63,065 nt of DNA, filler included, from Folioceros fuciformis (GCA_049999805.1; 5 parts of 5 records of this genome joined end to end with filler, not necessarily neighbours in it); one strand, 5' to 3'. Shown: positions 27,612-40,668, counted from the first letter of the whole stretch. Numbers and translations are program-made. Notes: generated from the sequence alone by a model not told the origin.

Positions 27612-27733
27612 ACTCCCTCCACCTCGAGGAAGCAGCTACGCTGATGCTACTCCCTCCACCTCGAGGAAGCAGCTACGCTGATGCTACTCCCTCCACCTCG
27701 AGGAAGCTGCTACACTGATGCTACTCCCTCCAC
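27612..27733. repeat. 37-bp tandem repeat, about 3.3 copies
   Basis: actccctccacctcgaggaagcagctacgctgatgct repeated. Confidence 0.92.
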
Positions 27734-27802
27734 CACGATGCCAACCCCGGCTGCATCACCATCGACCTCCCAGCCTGAACAACCTGCCACACATCCCCTA
27801 AC

Positions 27803-28043
27803 CTAATCCTTGGACTTCAGCTGATTGTTCTCCTTGATCTTCCTCCGATTATCCAGCTTCAGCAACCGCCTGAGCTCCGGAATCTCCATCTGCTCAGGGT
27901 CCTTCTTCCGCAACTCGCTCAGCGACTGCGGCTTATCCAGCAGCCGAAACAGCCAACCCGGGTATTCAGAATCGGGCAGAATGGCAGGATCGTTGCCCTC
28001 CTTCAAAATGTTGGCCCCCAGCGTCACATGCACCCTCTGCTCC
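27803..28043 (-). CDS. Mitochondrial ribosomal protein mL54, C-terminal part; 5'-truncated at linker
   Basis: GANILKEGNDPAILPDSEYPGWLFRLL...RRKIKENN matches the mL54/L37 family signature. Confidence 0.88.
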
Positions 28044-28143
28044 NNNNNNNNNNNNNNNNNNNNNNNNNNNNNNNNNNNNNNNNNNNNTTAATTAATTAAN
28101 NNNNNNNNNNNNNNNNNNNNNNNNNNNNNNNNNNNNNNNNNNN
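28044..28143. other. Artificial linker
   Basis: N-run containing TTAATTAATTAA. Confidence 0.98.
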
Positions 28144-29340
28144 AATTGCTCATATGGGTTTGTCGTTTTCCCTCGACGCTTCTCTAGGCGTGCATGTGTT
28201 GCTGCAATTTGCTAAATGTGTGGGAGTTTTTCACCATTTGCTTCCATTTTCTTCACTGTTGTGCATATTATTGCCTTCCATGCACCTTGAGTCACGCAAT
28301 CTGGCCTCAGCCTTCATTCCTTCTTCCGCCTCGCCTTCTCCAATTCTGCTAGTGCCTTTCCCTCTTTCCAACCTAGTGATTGTGGGATTGCGAGCACTGT
28401 GAAAACCTATTCCAAATTACCTTCATGTCCTTTAGCTCTAGAAACTCTACTGCCACAATTGCCACAAGCACCTCTTGCACCTGTTTAGGGTGCGCTAACC
28501 ATGGGTCATTAACTTCATCCTCATGTCCACGAGCTTCTTCACTCTCCTATTATATGCCTTTTGCACCAAAGGCCGCAACCCACATGCACATTCTCTGTCT
28601 TCCTCACTACCAAAGCTACCAACACTATCAACAAACTGTGCCATTATAAGTGGAAGTCCTCCTCGCGCATGAAGCCTTTGCAAAACTCCTAGCACATCCC
28701 CAATATGATTCCCTACGAGCATTTGTGTCACTTCAGCTATATCTACAGCTATGCATTGCATCACCAAGGTAGAGCTCTCCTTCTCTACCTCTAGCTCTTC
28801 TTCCAGCACGTCCTCAACCCTAAACCCTAGGATGGTCGACAAGCCTTGAATTGATTGGCCGCTCCATCTGACAAGTACCAGTGCTCCCGCGGAGCCGGGA
28901 ACCCACAATCTTGCATCCACCGCCATTGGTGTAACAAACAGTGCTATACAAAAAGAGTGTCATGGACCAGGTCATCGCTAATATAAAAATGGTAATAATT
29001 TTCTATGGTGGATGCTGGATCTTCAGCATGGAGGGGCCCATTGCGCTTGTAAAATACCAAAACCATAATGGACACTTGGTCGTTTTGCCAATGCTTGGAC
29101 TGAATTTCGTTCTATACAACAAAAGTATAGTTTTGGGAGAAATCCATCACAAACACAACGATGCTTGTGGAAACCATTCTACAGATTATCTAAACTCTAT
29201 GCCTTGCCACCACTAGATTATCTAAACTCTATGCCTTGCCACCACTAGATGAAATCATGGATCACAAACTCCTACAGCTTACCCTTTAGGTCCTCTATGA
29301 ACACTTTTGGATGCGTCTCCATGAACACTAACTTTGTCCA
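28144..29340. mobile_element. Possible decayed repeat or transposon remnant, including a 32-bp tandem duplication at 29183-29246
   Basis: Broken reading frames, CpG-poor look and fragment-end position; no diagnostic domain recognised. Confidence 0.3.
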
Positions 29341-30561
29341 TTTCTTGTCGTTACCATTTGCATCTTTACTCGTGACTTGATATTGGAAACAACGCCATTT
29401 TTATTTTCGTGAAGTACTGAAGCCCTTTCAAAATAAAATGATAAGTACAGAGGGCCCCCAAGGTTCGTATCAGGACTCGATTAAGGAAAAGACCGTAACG
29501 TGGACTCCACCTGGTGACCAAGGAGAGTGCATGCATGCCCGGGAGCAACTCCAGAAGCACCAGGCTTCCAGACCTGACCCGGCTGGTACAAACCCTGAGA
29601 ATCAAAGAATGCTATGACTTCACCTCGACTTGTACCCTACGCACAGTGTTGCAGCGCTGCCCCTGCAGGAGGGCTATCCTTACCGATAGCTCGCATACAC
29701 TCCAGGGGCACGAAAATCTTCCGCTTTCATGTTTTAGGAGTTCTTAGTTTTTTTGCTTTTTTTTTTTTTTAGTTTATTAAAATTTTTTTCTCCCTTTTTA
29801 TGATAAAATGGTTGTAGGCCTCCAAGTTTAGATCGAAAGGGGAGTAAAGTATAAATTATCTTCAGGAATAAAAAAGATTTTAAGCCCGTAGGTGAAAATT
29901 ATTTGCCGAGGTCTGGCCCGGTACAGCACAAAAAGCTCCCGTGCTCCGTGTCGTCGCGAGCCATGTGCATTTTCGTCTGAATCTCAAGTCTTCTTCGGGA
30001 AGGGGGTACCGTTAATTTTGGACCAAAACGAACTCCCCACTGTGTGCATTATGGTGAAAGAAAAGAGATAGTCTCTGTCTTCTTTGGTACGCCATACATG
30101 CCACACACTCTGGTCCACGGTAGTCAGAGTGGTGGATCCCACGACTGGATACACCCTTGCGTTAATAACGTGACGAGTTTTGGGAGTCACCTTCAACAAT
30201 AGTTGACATCGTCTATCAAGAAACGATGACGCGTACGATGTGCCAAGTAAGCTCGGTACTCCTGTTAGGCTTTGTTTGACTGCCCGCATACAATTAATGA
30301 CTGAAAGACAAATTGCTATGGGTTGGAGAGACAGAGAGGTTTCCAAATTAGAGATGGGCTCGACAACCTTTCAACGGCCTCACATTCCTCTACATCCGCT
30401 GTGACTCGAAACGCCACTCTCTACAGACTTCTACAGGTGTGCAACGGTAAAGCTCCAAGTTCCATTCACAGAGATGGAGACCAGAAAATATTCCGAGAGG
30501 GGAAAGTACTAAAACCTTTGCAGGACCCTGATTTGTGGGATCCTGAAGCTGTTTGGTTGCA

Positions 30562-32996
30562 ATGTCGGAGACGGATGGTCTGCTGCAGGATGGAGTCAGT
30601 CCCAGTTCAAGGGGGGAGGTGGGTGTGAGGGGCCTGGAAGCAGGGGCCAGGTTGAAGCGGGAGCTGAGCCTGCTGGATGGAATCAGGCAAGTGTTTTCCT
30701 TTTGGCAGGAGACTTGCGTTCGAGTTTTGGAGCAACAGGCTGCTGAGCGATGGCTTTGTGGCTTCAGCGTTTTGGTTGGGATCATAATGGGGAGCGGGAT
30801 CTTTACTTCCCCTGGCGTAGTGTTGAGTGATGCTGGAAGCGTGGGGTTGGGGATGCTTGCGTGGGTCGCTGCCGGGACGGTGGCTGTCTGCTACGCTCTC
30901 ATCTACGCGGAGATGGGCTCCGCATTTCCTGTGGCGGGGGGGGACGTGCATTACTACAAGGTGCTGGCATTGGCCGTGGTGGTGGGTTGGATGGAATTAG
31001 GCTGAAGCTGAAGCTGGCATTCTGGGTTTGGCAGGTGGCATTCGGTAACGTGGTGTCTTTTGTGTACGTGTGGACTTTGTACTTCGTTTTCAGCACTGGA
31101 AGCTTGGCCATCGTTACTATCACCTTCGCTCAGTACTTGCTTGCTGGGGTGAGTTTTCTCACATAGGCTTGAGACGTCTTTGCTAGGTTCGTACAGGAGT
31201 AGTCGGAGAGGATGAATTCTGATCTCAACATCGTCTTTCTGACTGGTTCAAGCAGATATTACCTTTGAGCAGAACAGTTCAGGGGATTGATCCAGATACG
31301 TTTGTGAAAGCTACTGCAATCATTTCTGTCATTGCCCTAACGTTCTTCAACTGTCTTGGTACGCTTTCTCATGACTTTGCAAATCCTGTTAGATGAAGCC
31401 TTCACACCGAGTGTTTGAGTGGCGGAGATTCGTGTTGTGCATGGGGCCTTGATGCAAGTGTGGACTCAATTTTGTTTCCAGGGGTGCAAGTGGGCAGCAG
31501 ACTGCAAAATGCTTTTGGCGTGTGTAAGGGTGTGCTTGTGGCGCTCCTTGTAGGGGCTGCCATTGCATTTCTGTGGGCTGACACAGCAGTGGCCCAAGGC
31601 AACGCCCACAAACCGTTTTCAGGCAGTACTGTTGTAACTTTGGGTTCAGCGATGGTGGCTGCTCTGTATGCATTTTGTGGCTGGTGGGTCTTGAAACTGT
31701 TGTCTGCAGTTTCAAGGGTAGAGCCCTATATCCCAAATCATGCACTTGCCCAGACAAAACTGACAGTCGCCCTCATGTACCAGGGGAGACATTGTATACC
31801 TGTCGGAGGAGATGAAAGACCCAGTTAGGGACGTGCCCCGTGCTGCAATCTTGAGCATTCTTATCATTGCGGTTACATATGTAAGTGGGCCAGATCCTTG
31901 TGGCACTTGTCTAGAACAGATTGGTGATGCATGACGAAGATGCTTAGCTGTTTAATCTCTTCCTCCTCTTGCAGCTTGTGGTAAATATCTCCTATCTCTG
32001 TGTGCTCCCGGCTTCAGGCATGTGATCAAGCTCGTAGTTCTGTTGTTGTGAGTCGGACTTGTGCCTTTTGAGCTTCCAATCAGCTTCTTCATACATACGT
32101 TGTATTTATGGTATGGGTTGTGTGTTGCAGCCGTCATGAACTCCTCTGTCGTTGCAGTGGACATGACAACCCGTGCACTGGGACGATGGGCAGGAATCAC
32201 AACTGCCTTGCTCGTTAGTCTATCTGTTCTTGGATCAGCAAATGGCATAACGATCGTTGGTGGGCGCTACTTGGTACTACCTACTTAGACTCCCTCATCG
32301 GGCTCCATCTTTGATGTGTAAACCAGCTTCCTTGTATGGTGACAGCGTCCCATCCTGCCTCGCAGTATGCTGCAGGAAGAGATGGTCATATTTTCCGGTC
32401 CCTTGCATGTTTGGGCAAGAAGAGTAAAGCCCCTATTGCCGCCCTTGTTGCACAGGTGAGATGCTGGTTTCTTACTTCTTTAGTCCTGGTGACTTGTAAA
32501 TCTGATACGTTGGATGTCATGGGACCAGAGTGCGTGGTGCATTGTGCTGCTCATTCAATCTGACGGCATCATTGAGGTACGCACAAACATGTTGCAATCC
32601 CTGGTACTTCATGGCTCTGCAAGAACTACTGACATGTCTTCCACCTCGTGCACAGCTGCTGAGCTACTTTGGTACAGCATCATTCGTGTTCTACGGCCTC
32701 ACAGCCGCGGCCTTGATCAAGCTCCGCCGGGATTTGCCTGACCTTCACCGGCCATTCACCCTCCCCTTTTTCCCTTTCCTACCGATTTTCCTCATCTGCG
32801 TAAGCATGTAAGTGTGCTCTTCTGCCAAATGAGTACCAATTTTACTCTATCAAATGGTGTTTCTCCTGAACGGCAGGTGGCCCTTCGCAGGTATTTGATA
32901 TTTTCCTCTTTGTACGCATCTCCCGTACCGACAGGCCTGGCTTTCGCCTTCATTCTGCTGGGATTCCCTGCGTATGCGCTGTTTCAGAAGGTCTAG
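30562..32996 (+). CDS. APC-superfamily amino-acid permease of the LAT/SLC7 light-chain type (about 11 exons)
   Basis: LKRELSLLDGISVLVGIIMGSGIFTSPGVVL..GSVGLG; ALIYAEMGSAFPVAGG; TM6 ALYAFCGW...EEMKDPVRDVPRA; GRYLYAAGRDGH; LLSYFG...FYGLT...LHRPFTLP. Confidence 0.9.
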
Positions 32997-33365
32997 CCTC
33001 TACTGTGGATTCTCCTGAACGGCGTGTAACTCATCCCGCGTTGTAGGCCTGTGGTATTGTCTGGCGGCATACAGTATGTAGAAAGAGGCCGTGAAGCCGT
33101 GATGTGTTTGTCCTATTGATCAGATCACATGATGAGCAAAACTCCACAGAAGCGCTCCTGTCTCCTTCAAGCAGACAGCAATATCCGTTTAAGTTTTGAA
33201 GCTCGAAACAAATGGGTAGGAGATAGTACTCAGACAACTGTCTGCTGCTGAGACAAAAAGCTTAGCGACAGAATGCGAACCGCTATAGCCAGCTTTCCAA
33301 TGTCACTGAGCAATGATTGGCATTGCATCTAGAACGCTTGGTTAAGTGGGGCAGAGTGCTTCCGA

Positions 33366-35229
33366 CTACCCTTCGTTCTTCGTTATGAGGCCTTGAATTA
33401 CTGATTGGGCAATGGGATGGTACTTACTTTTCGCCTCGGAAAAGACACGCTTTGCCAGCTCCTTGGCTTCTGGCGTACTCTCCAGCAGACCACCATACAG
33501 GGGTCGCAAGTACTTCATCCTACCGACAGTCTGCAAGGCAGCTTGAATGGCAGGAAAGGAAGGTGAGTGGCCAGACGTTGCAGCTATGACGAGGAAGGCA
33601 ATCTTGATCTCCCAGTTGTTAGACTCCGAAAAGTTGAACTCGTTCAGCTGCTCTATTTCTTGCGAAGTCAAAATCTTGGGAATGTTTTCCAGGTAAACCA
33701 GCCAGACTCGGGGCAGCCACGTTTTGGTCTCCTCCTTCGTTAGCCTCCTTCCAGAAGAAAACTCAGCTGCTAGCTTCAGAATATTATCCAGCACACCAGA
33801 ACTGGGCCTGATTGCGTCGACGGGGATTCCTGTTCCATATACCCAGTTGTGTAGATCAACCTCCTTCTCAATACCGGGGAACTGCTCCTTGAGAAATGCC
33901 AAAAATGTTTCTGTGGAAATGGATTGGAAGCTGAACTTGGCGATGTACTTTTTGAGAAACTCATCAAAAGCTGGCCTTCCCACCTGGTTCTCCAAACGTC
34001 GAACAAAATGGAAACCCTTCTCATAGGGAATTTGAGAGTATATCTCATCTGGATCAACCCCAAGCATATTGGTTTTAAGCTTTGTCAACTCAGGCCTGTC
34101 CTTGAACCGCTCAATCTCCTCCAACAGCCCGTTCCAGCCAAGGCTGATATGCAAGCCTAGCATCTCCTCTCCATCGGTAACCTCCACAATCCGCCGCTCA
34201 GCATAGGTGGTGAAACCCTGCACCAGCGAACACAAAGCCAAGATTAAGCAACAACTCCACCTCTGCCAAGAAACACCAGCTGGAAGGCGGGGCTCAAGAA
34301 CCAACCTCGTTGAGCCAGAAATCATTGGCAGTGGCATTACTGATGAGATTGCCGGTCCAGCTGTGCGCAAGCTCATGCGCCACTACCTCCACTCCGCTCC
34401 GATCACCGGCAATCAGCGTGGGCGTAATAAACACCATCCGGGGATTCTCCATTCCTCCATACGGAAAGCTCGGAGGCATGACCAGTAGATCAAACCTCTC
34501 CCAGTCGTAGGGCCCAAATAGTTCCTCCGCTTGCCTGATAGTAGCATCGGTGTTGGCAAACTCATACGCAGCTGCCTTCACCACAGAAGGCTCGGCATAC
34601 ACCCTGGATCGAGGCCCAACATCTTCATAAACGATGTCACCGGCAGCGAGAGCAAAGAGATAGGGGGGAATAGGCTGGTCCATGCGAAAAACCTCCTCTG
34701 CTCTTCCTCCCTCCTCCCGGGCTCGACCTAGGTAGGCAGCAGACATGACAACCTTGGTATCGGCCGGCACATTCACCTTGGCCGAATACTTGATCCGAGC
34801 AATAGGAGTGTCCTGGCAAGGAAAGATGGACCGCGCATGAATGGCCTGACACTGCGTGAACACATACGGCTGCTTCCCGCCAGCCGTTTGAGACGGCTCC
34901 AGCCATTGCAACGCCGAAGCGCGAGGAGACGTCTTGAACGCAACCGAAAAGGAGCTCTGATCCCGGAGCTCAACCTTCAGGCGGCTGCCCAGGACAGCGT
35001 CGGCTTCGCCCAGGCTGAAGGCCACTGAATTGCTGTTCAAGTCTTGCACAGACTCAATGCTCAAGCCTCTCGTGTCCAGGAAGAGTTCACCGGTGTAAAC
35101 CTTCTCCAAGGTCAGAATCGCTGTGCCTGTGATGACCTTGCTCTCGAAGTCCAAATGCAGAGCAAGGTCCACATGCTTGGTTAGAGGATGCGACGAGTCG
35201 GTGTAGGAATGTGGATCTAGCGGTGCCAT
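33366..35229 (-). CDS. LKHA4: M1 family aminopeptidase, leukotriene A4 hydrolase homologue; 2 exons
   Basis: MAPLDPHSY, FTQCQAIHARS, PYGGMENP, zinc motif HELAH...WLNE|GFTTYAERRI, IPYEKG, VGRMKYLRPLY. Intron at about 34220-34306. Confidence 0.95.
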
Positions 35230-35832
35230 TGTGCAACAACCTAGGTTCGCCTTCCGGAACCAAAATTCACTCCGATTTCCCACAACTGAGAGACTTCAGG
35301 GTGGTGAAGAGGATTCTCACGTTGAAAACAAAACTTAGTTACTACCTCGAAGTTGGATGCTTTCCCCACTCGAGTCTCTAATACCGACTTCCTAGTGCCT
35401 AGAACACACACATAGACAGGATTTCCAACTTGGGCGAAAGTTTTGGGGTTCGACTCTCGAACCCTGCCTCATTTCGCCCTCGGCTCGGCACAACTTGGCG
35501 CGACAGTGTCCCGCCAAGGATAACTCGTCTGCTGGTTTCAGGTTTCTGCCACTTTCGCTGGTTGTCTTGGAGGTCGTGACCTGCGATCATGGCGCACAGA
35601 CAGAGTAGATACAATATCTTTGCATTGCATCATTGGAACCGTCTGCAGCCTCATTATTAGTGCACTCAATTCGTACCAGCCTACCAGGTGCACCTTCGAA
35701 TGCGCCAGACTCTGCATCAGACGTGCCAGAAAGTAGGACATTCTAGTCCTGGGCAAGTGGCCAAGTCATCATGAACTTACCTCTCTCTCGTGGAATCTAC
35801 GACTCCATCGGATCCCAAGTGTCGGAACTTTG

Positions 35833-38800
35833 TCACTCCTCGACGTCCATAGCATCGACATCCGGCTGGGTGTCAAACTGACTATCCAGGGCAGCACCGG
35901 CCACTGATCTCATCCAGTTAAGGATTTGAACTCGATCATCATCCATGGGCCCCGTTACTTCTCTGTAGGGATCAATGAGATTCAGCATTTTGTCTTGAAT
36001 GCAGGTCTCCAGAGTCTTCAAGTCCGACGGATTTGTCAGTCCGAGCAGGGCTGTGCATTCTGCTTTGAAGGCACTGTCCTCTGATGCAGCGATCAACCCA
36101 GCCACACAACGGGACAAAGAGGGAGCAAATCTTTGCATCTGCCATTCAAAAATTACAAACAGTCACAGTAAATCACCAGATAAGAGGGAAGCGAAATTTG
36201 GCGTACTTTTGTTTTCTAGAGCTATACCTGCTGAATGTGCTGACTGACAAACAGGCCCGGACAGTCTCTGTGAAGTTCACGTAGAGCTGTCTCCACCGCA
36301 CGTTTGATTATAACTGATTCTCCCCTAGTCTTGGCCCTCCGACCCAGATGTGATCCTGAAGTTAAGGAGGCCAAATGAAGAAACCGCTGGGCCAAACTTA
36401 GCACGTTAATGTTATATTCAGCCGTGACACACAGATGTTACATTCAGCCGTGACACACGCATACGCTACTTGGCACCGGTATCGACTACTGCAACGAATA
36501 CTGCTATCACAAGTGACGAAAAGGCCTCTCGAAAGTAGCCATTAGCTAGGTAGGATATCATGAGTGCGATAGATGTGTATCACAAGGTAGGTCTCTGCCT
36601 GTCTTGCGAGCCGCTCCCACTTTATTGTTGCACCCCCGCATGGTTTGATGTGCATGTTCTTCATCTTCAATCCATAATGTGACCAAGACACTTTCTTCCT
36701 CAGTGTAGTTAGAACGGTCTCTGGGATATGATGGTAACAGAAGTCCTCATAAAAGAGGACCTGCAGTTTCGTGATTTCTGGTGAGCTTCCTGGGAAATAA
36801 AGTACAGTCAAACGAAATGGAGAACCGTAGAGAACGACCTGAGTGAGTGCAGAACCCTGATCCAACAAGTCCTCTGTATTCGTGTTGAAATCCTTCTCCA
36901 ACACGGCAAAGGAAACGTCAATAGTACTTTTGCCTTTCCCTGTACAGCTCCGGCCCTCACCGACATGAATAGCTGACCTGAGTGAAGACACATTGAGCTT
37001 AGCAATATCCGTTCATGATGATCTTCCTGGGGTAGCTTCGAAGTTTCTGGCTAAGATGACGGCAAGGTGATTATGCCATGAGTATCATCTGTGCTTGAGA
37101 GTTTCAGATGTTACCTGAAGTTTGCCTCGGCTGCTTCTTGCTGGAACTGGTATACATATTTACTGAGAAAGTCAATTAGCCCTGAGCTCAATCGTTGGAA
37201 ACTGGGCAGGGTGTCTGGCAGCTTAAGGCCCCCATCACAGACAAAAGGATCTGAAACATTCTTGAGGAGCATTGGGGTGTGGTTGAAATTCTCGAAGCAC
37301 AGCTCAAGGAAGACGTTCTTGAGGATTAAACAGATCTGACATTAATCTTTGACTAATCCAGGCACGCCAATTCGAAAGGGAGTTTCAAGGATAATACAAC
37401 TAGCAGGACGAGAAAATTCAATAATTCGACAGCATCCTATTATGCTCTCACTTAGAGCAGGAGCATAATTCACCTTGATGTTCAGTACGGACACCTGCAA
37501 CAGCAGCAGCTGGCATGAGAGTTCTGCATGCTTGTACAGTGAAGAGTCTGTAATTTCTTAGGGACAGGTTTGGGCAGGTCAGGAGTTTGACACCATCGCT
37601 GCTGAAACACAAGGAGGGAGGTTTCAGCTACCTTGTGGCAGAGATCCTGTATGTACTTTATAAATTCTTCATACTGGCCCCTGAAGGTTAGTGAAGTCTG
37701 TGTCCCACTTCATCACCAGCCCAAAAATCGAGAAGCTGAAGTCAGTTTACTTGACCCAAAAGCCTCGACAGGAAGAACAAGATTTCCCAACACAAAGTCC
37801 TACCTCATTGACTCAACCGCCTTAGGAACGGATGGCAGCTGGACGACCTGAGGCATCAAGTTTGCCTGCACATGCATCTGATAGCAGCGAATGTCCTCCT
37901 CTCCGCTAGCTAAACAGAAGAGTTTTCAGAACCAAGTATCAGACATAGCATACAACGTATCTGCCTATTTTCAATTGCTTGGTGCTACTTCTGGCAAATA
38001 GGAACTGAGAATCATGCCACTAAACGTCATGTTCCCAAGCGTGCTGAGCTAGAGCCAACTCGTATGGATCGATTTCACAAAACAAAGATTGAAATGCACC
38101 TGTTGTCATCACAGCAAGTACTCCATCTGCGGAAAGGCAAACATGTAACCTGCTCAGTAGACGTCATCAATTACATTACATGTCGAAGTTGCAGCTCATG
38201 TCGACCTTGTTTATTTTCCTCGCAGGTTTCTTTCTTTTGCCTGAATATCTACTCTTCGAGAGCAGTAGCTCAGAATTCTAGCTAGCATCAAGTGACAGAC
38301 CCCAAAACACGTTGTCTGTTGCCGGTCCAGCCGCTAGAGTATGGAAACACGGGTGAAGGTAGTAAGGATAAAAGTCTCCCAGCCCCGTGGCGGGCACTCC
38401 CCGTCCAGTATCGGCCACTGCAGCAACAATGACGCGCAATTTCAAGTTTCGTTGAGGGAATCAGGGCTACCAGTGTACGCAATTTAGAACAGAAAGCTTA
38501 CAAAGTGCTTGCCTTCCAATTTGAATGTCGGATACGGAGACAAATGCATCCCTTCCAACCTCGAGAAATCAACAGTCACCCGTGTCGGCTCACAGTGGCT
38601 GCTACATCTGAAGAGAGCATCCGACACCAACTGCACTAGTACATAGTGCACGCCAGCAGCGATTACTCCTGATCGAATGACGAACGAGCCAAAACGCACG
38701 AAAGCAAGCGGTTCCCTGAAGCACGAGCAAGCAAGGGAGAAAGAATTCGCCAGATACCGCATGCGCAGCCACGAATGCACTGTGACGATGGCTACAAAGC

Positions 38801-38919
38801 GGAAGCGGAAACGCATTTTCGCTGCACAGAGGCATCTCCATTTCGGTAGACAATGGCATCGGCATTGCGTACTCTTGGCTGCACACCCGCAGGGCCAGCG
38901 GATGCTCCGAAGAATCCAT
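35833..38919 (-). CDS. MTOPVIB: Meiotic topoisomerase VIB-like protein (multi-exon; start uncertain)
   Basis: LVSDALFRC; Bergerat-fold VADTGRG; LSSGLIDFLSKY; VLFYEDF...KVSWSHYGL; IIKRAVETALRELH...LFVS; FAPSLSRCVAGLIAASEDSAFKAECTALLGL. Motif order matches plant MTOPVIB as recalled. Confidence 0.82.
36350..36558 (-). other. U12-type AT-AC intron in MTOPVIB
   Basis: Donor ATATCCTA at 36558, branch site TCCTTAAC at 36368-36361, acceptor AC at 36351-36350. Removal joins the flanking exons in frame. Confidence 0.85.
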
Positions 38920-39687
38920 CGCTCAAGTCGAGCTGCAGCAAGCTCACCATGCCAGAAAAATTGAAGCATGAAAGATTGAGCTGATCACAGAAAACTGACT
39001 TGCTGCAGTCTGCGCAAGTGATCTGGCTGCACCTCGCAGGATAGATCTTAGTCGTCCTTGCTATCTCTTTTCGATTGATTTGGATGCTTGAAACAATTAG
39101 AAGAAGGCTCCGATGTTACGCTCGGCACATCCACAGTTCACGGCTCACTCATAGCAAGAGTTGGCTACGGTTGTAGGCAACGGCCAGTCGGCGGCGACAC
39201 AGCCTGCACTTTGTGGCCCATTTTGTTAGAAGGGGTTAACGTGACATGAAAAGATTGGCTAATAAACCTGAGAAGATGGCGCGGGCATGTCCAACACATG
39301 GCCGCTGGTTCTGGACATCTCCCTGCCGGCCACGTCGTCCCTTTATCCCTTGTACCTGCGCGCAACATAGCCACTAGTGTCACGCTCAAATGGCAGTGCG
39401 TTACCCTCGTCAATTCTGGTGTTCGTGTGGTGAATCGCTATTCGGGCGGGATTCGCGTTTCGTGAAGGGTGTGCTGCGGCATTCTTCGGATTCAGGTCAG
39501 GACTTGGTGCTTGGGCTGATGCATGTGGAGAGTGCAAGTGATGAATGACCGCCATGTGCATTTCTCGACTACTCGTTCGTGACCACGTCCCGGCATTAGT
39601 GCTGGCAATGTCTGAGAACGAGAATACTGACGATGGGAATTTTGCAGCCGAGGACAGACTGTGTGGAGCTGGCATTGGAGCGTCGTG

Positions 39688-40668
39688 ATGGCGGTCTCAC
39701 CTGCTGCAGCTGTGGCCAGCAGCACGGCAACTTCGGTTCTAGGCTTTCAAGGATTGGACAGGTGTAGAATGCCGGTGGGATGCGGGCTTGCACTTCCGAT
39801 GAGGGCTTCCATGTCCTCCATGGGATGGGGTCATGGTCATCTCGGATTGTCCAGGGTAGTGGGGCTGAGGTCCCGTGGCGGGGTGGCCTGTGCAAGGACC
39901 GGGACATCCGCGTTCGCATCCGCATCCGCATCCTCACAGGTGGAGCAGGACCTGGGGAAGAGCGATGGCATTGATGTCTTGGAAGGAATAGAAGGCGATG
40001 CGTCGTCCGGAATGTTCTTCTTCCAGAGAGCCGTGCTGACGGTCACAGCAGGGCTTGGTCCCTTACTCCTGGATGCTCCCAACGCGATGGCAGCTGGTGG
40101 AGAGTTCGGCATTCTGGAGGGCCGGACGTTTGCGCTTTTCCACCCTATTGTAATGGGAGGACTGTTTCTGTACACGTTGTACGCAGGCTACCTTGGGTGG
40201 CAGTGGAGGAGCGTGAGGACCGTGCAGGAGGAGATCAACGAGCTGAAGAAGCAGCTCCCCGCTGCCCCTGCCGAGGGTGCAGCAGCTCCTCCATCTCCCG
40301 TGGCGTCCAAGATCGAGCAGCTCGCCGAATACAGAAAGGAGCTGGTGAAGGGAGGCTTCAGGGATAAACACTTCAATGCTGGCTCTATTCTGCTGGCGTT
40401 CGGAGTGTTCGAGGCCGTGGGAGGAGCAGTCAATACCTGGTTCAGAACTGGCAAGCTCTTCCCGGGGCCACACTTGTTCGCAGGTGCTGGGATTACAGTC
40501 CTGTGGGCCCTATCGGCTTCCCTTGTTCCTGCCATGCAAAAGGGAAATGACACGGCCAGGACGGCACACATCACTCTGAATGTACTCAACGTGTTGCTGT
40601 TCATCTGGCAAATTCCCACTGGCTGGGAGATTGTCGGTAAGGTATTCGAGTTCACAACCTGGCCTTGA
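39688..40668 (+). CDS. DUF4079 family chloroplast membrane protein, single exon
   Basis: Transit peptide, then GILEGRTFALFHPIVMGGLFLYTLYAGYLGWQWR...DKHFNAGSILL...GKLFPGPHLFAG...ARTAHITLN...WQIPTG. Confidence 0.88.
   Translation: MAVSPAAAVASSTATSVLGFQGLDRCRMPVGCGLALPMRASMSSMGWGHGHLGLSRVVGLRSRGGVACARTGTSAFASASASSQVEQDLGKSDGIDVLEGIEGDASSGMFFFQRAVLTVTAGLGPLLLDAPNAMAAGGEFGILEGRTFALFHPIVMGGLFLYTLYAGYLGWQWRSVRTVQEEINELKKQLPAAPAEGAAAPPSPVASKIEQLAEYRKELVKGGFRDKHFNAGSILLAFGVFEAVGGAVNTWFRTGKLFPGPHLFAGAGITVLWALSASLVPAMQKGNDTARTAHITLNVLNVLLFIWQIPTGWEIVGKVFEFTTWP

Noticed and set aside
35446..35464. Hairpin GGGTTCGA-ctc-TCGAACCC with a B-box-like arm
   Set aside because: 8-bp stem only, with no surrounding tRNA structure.
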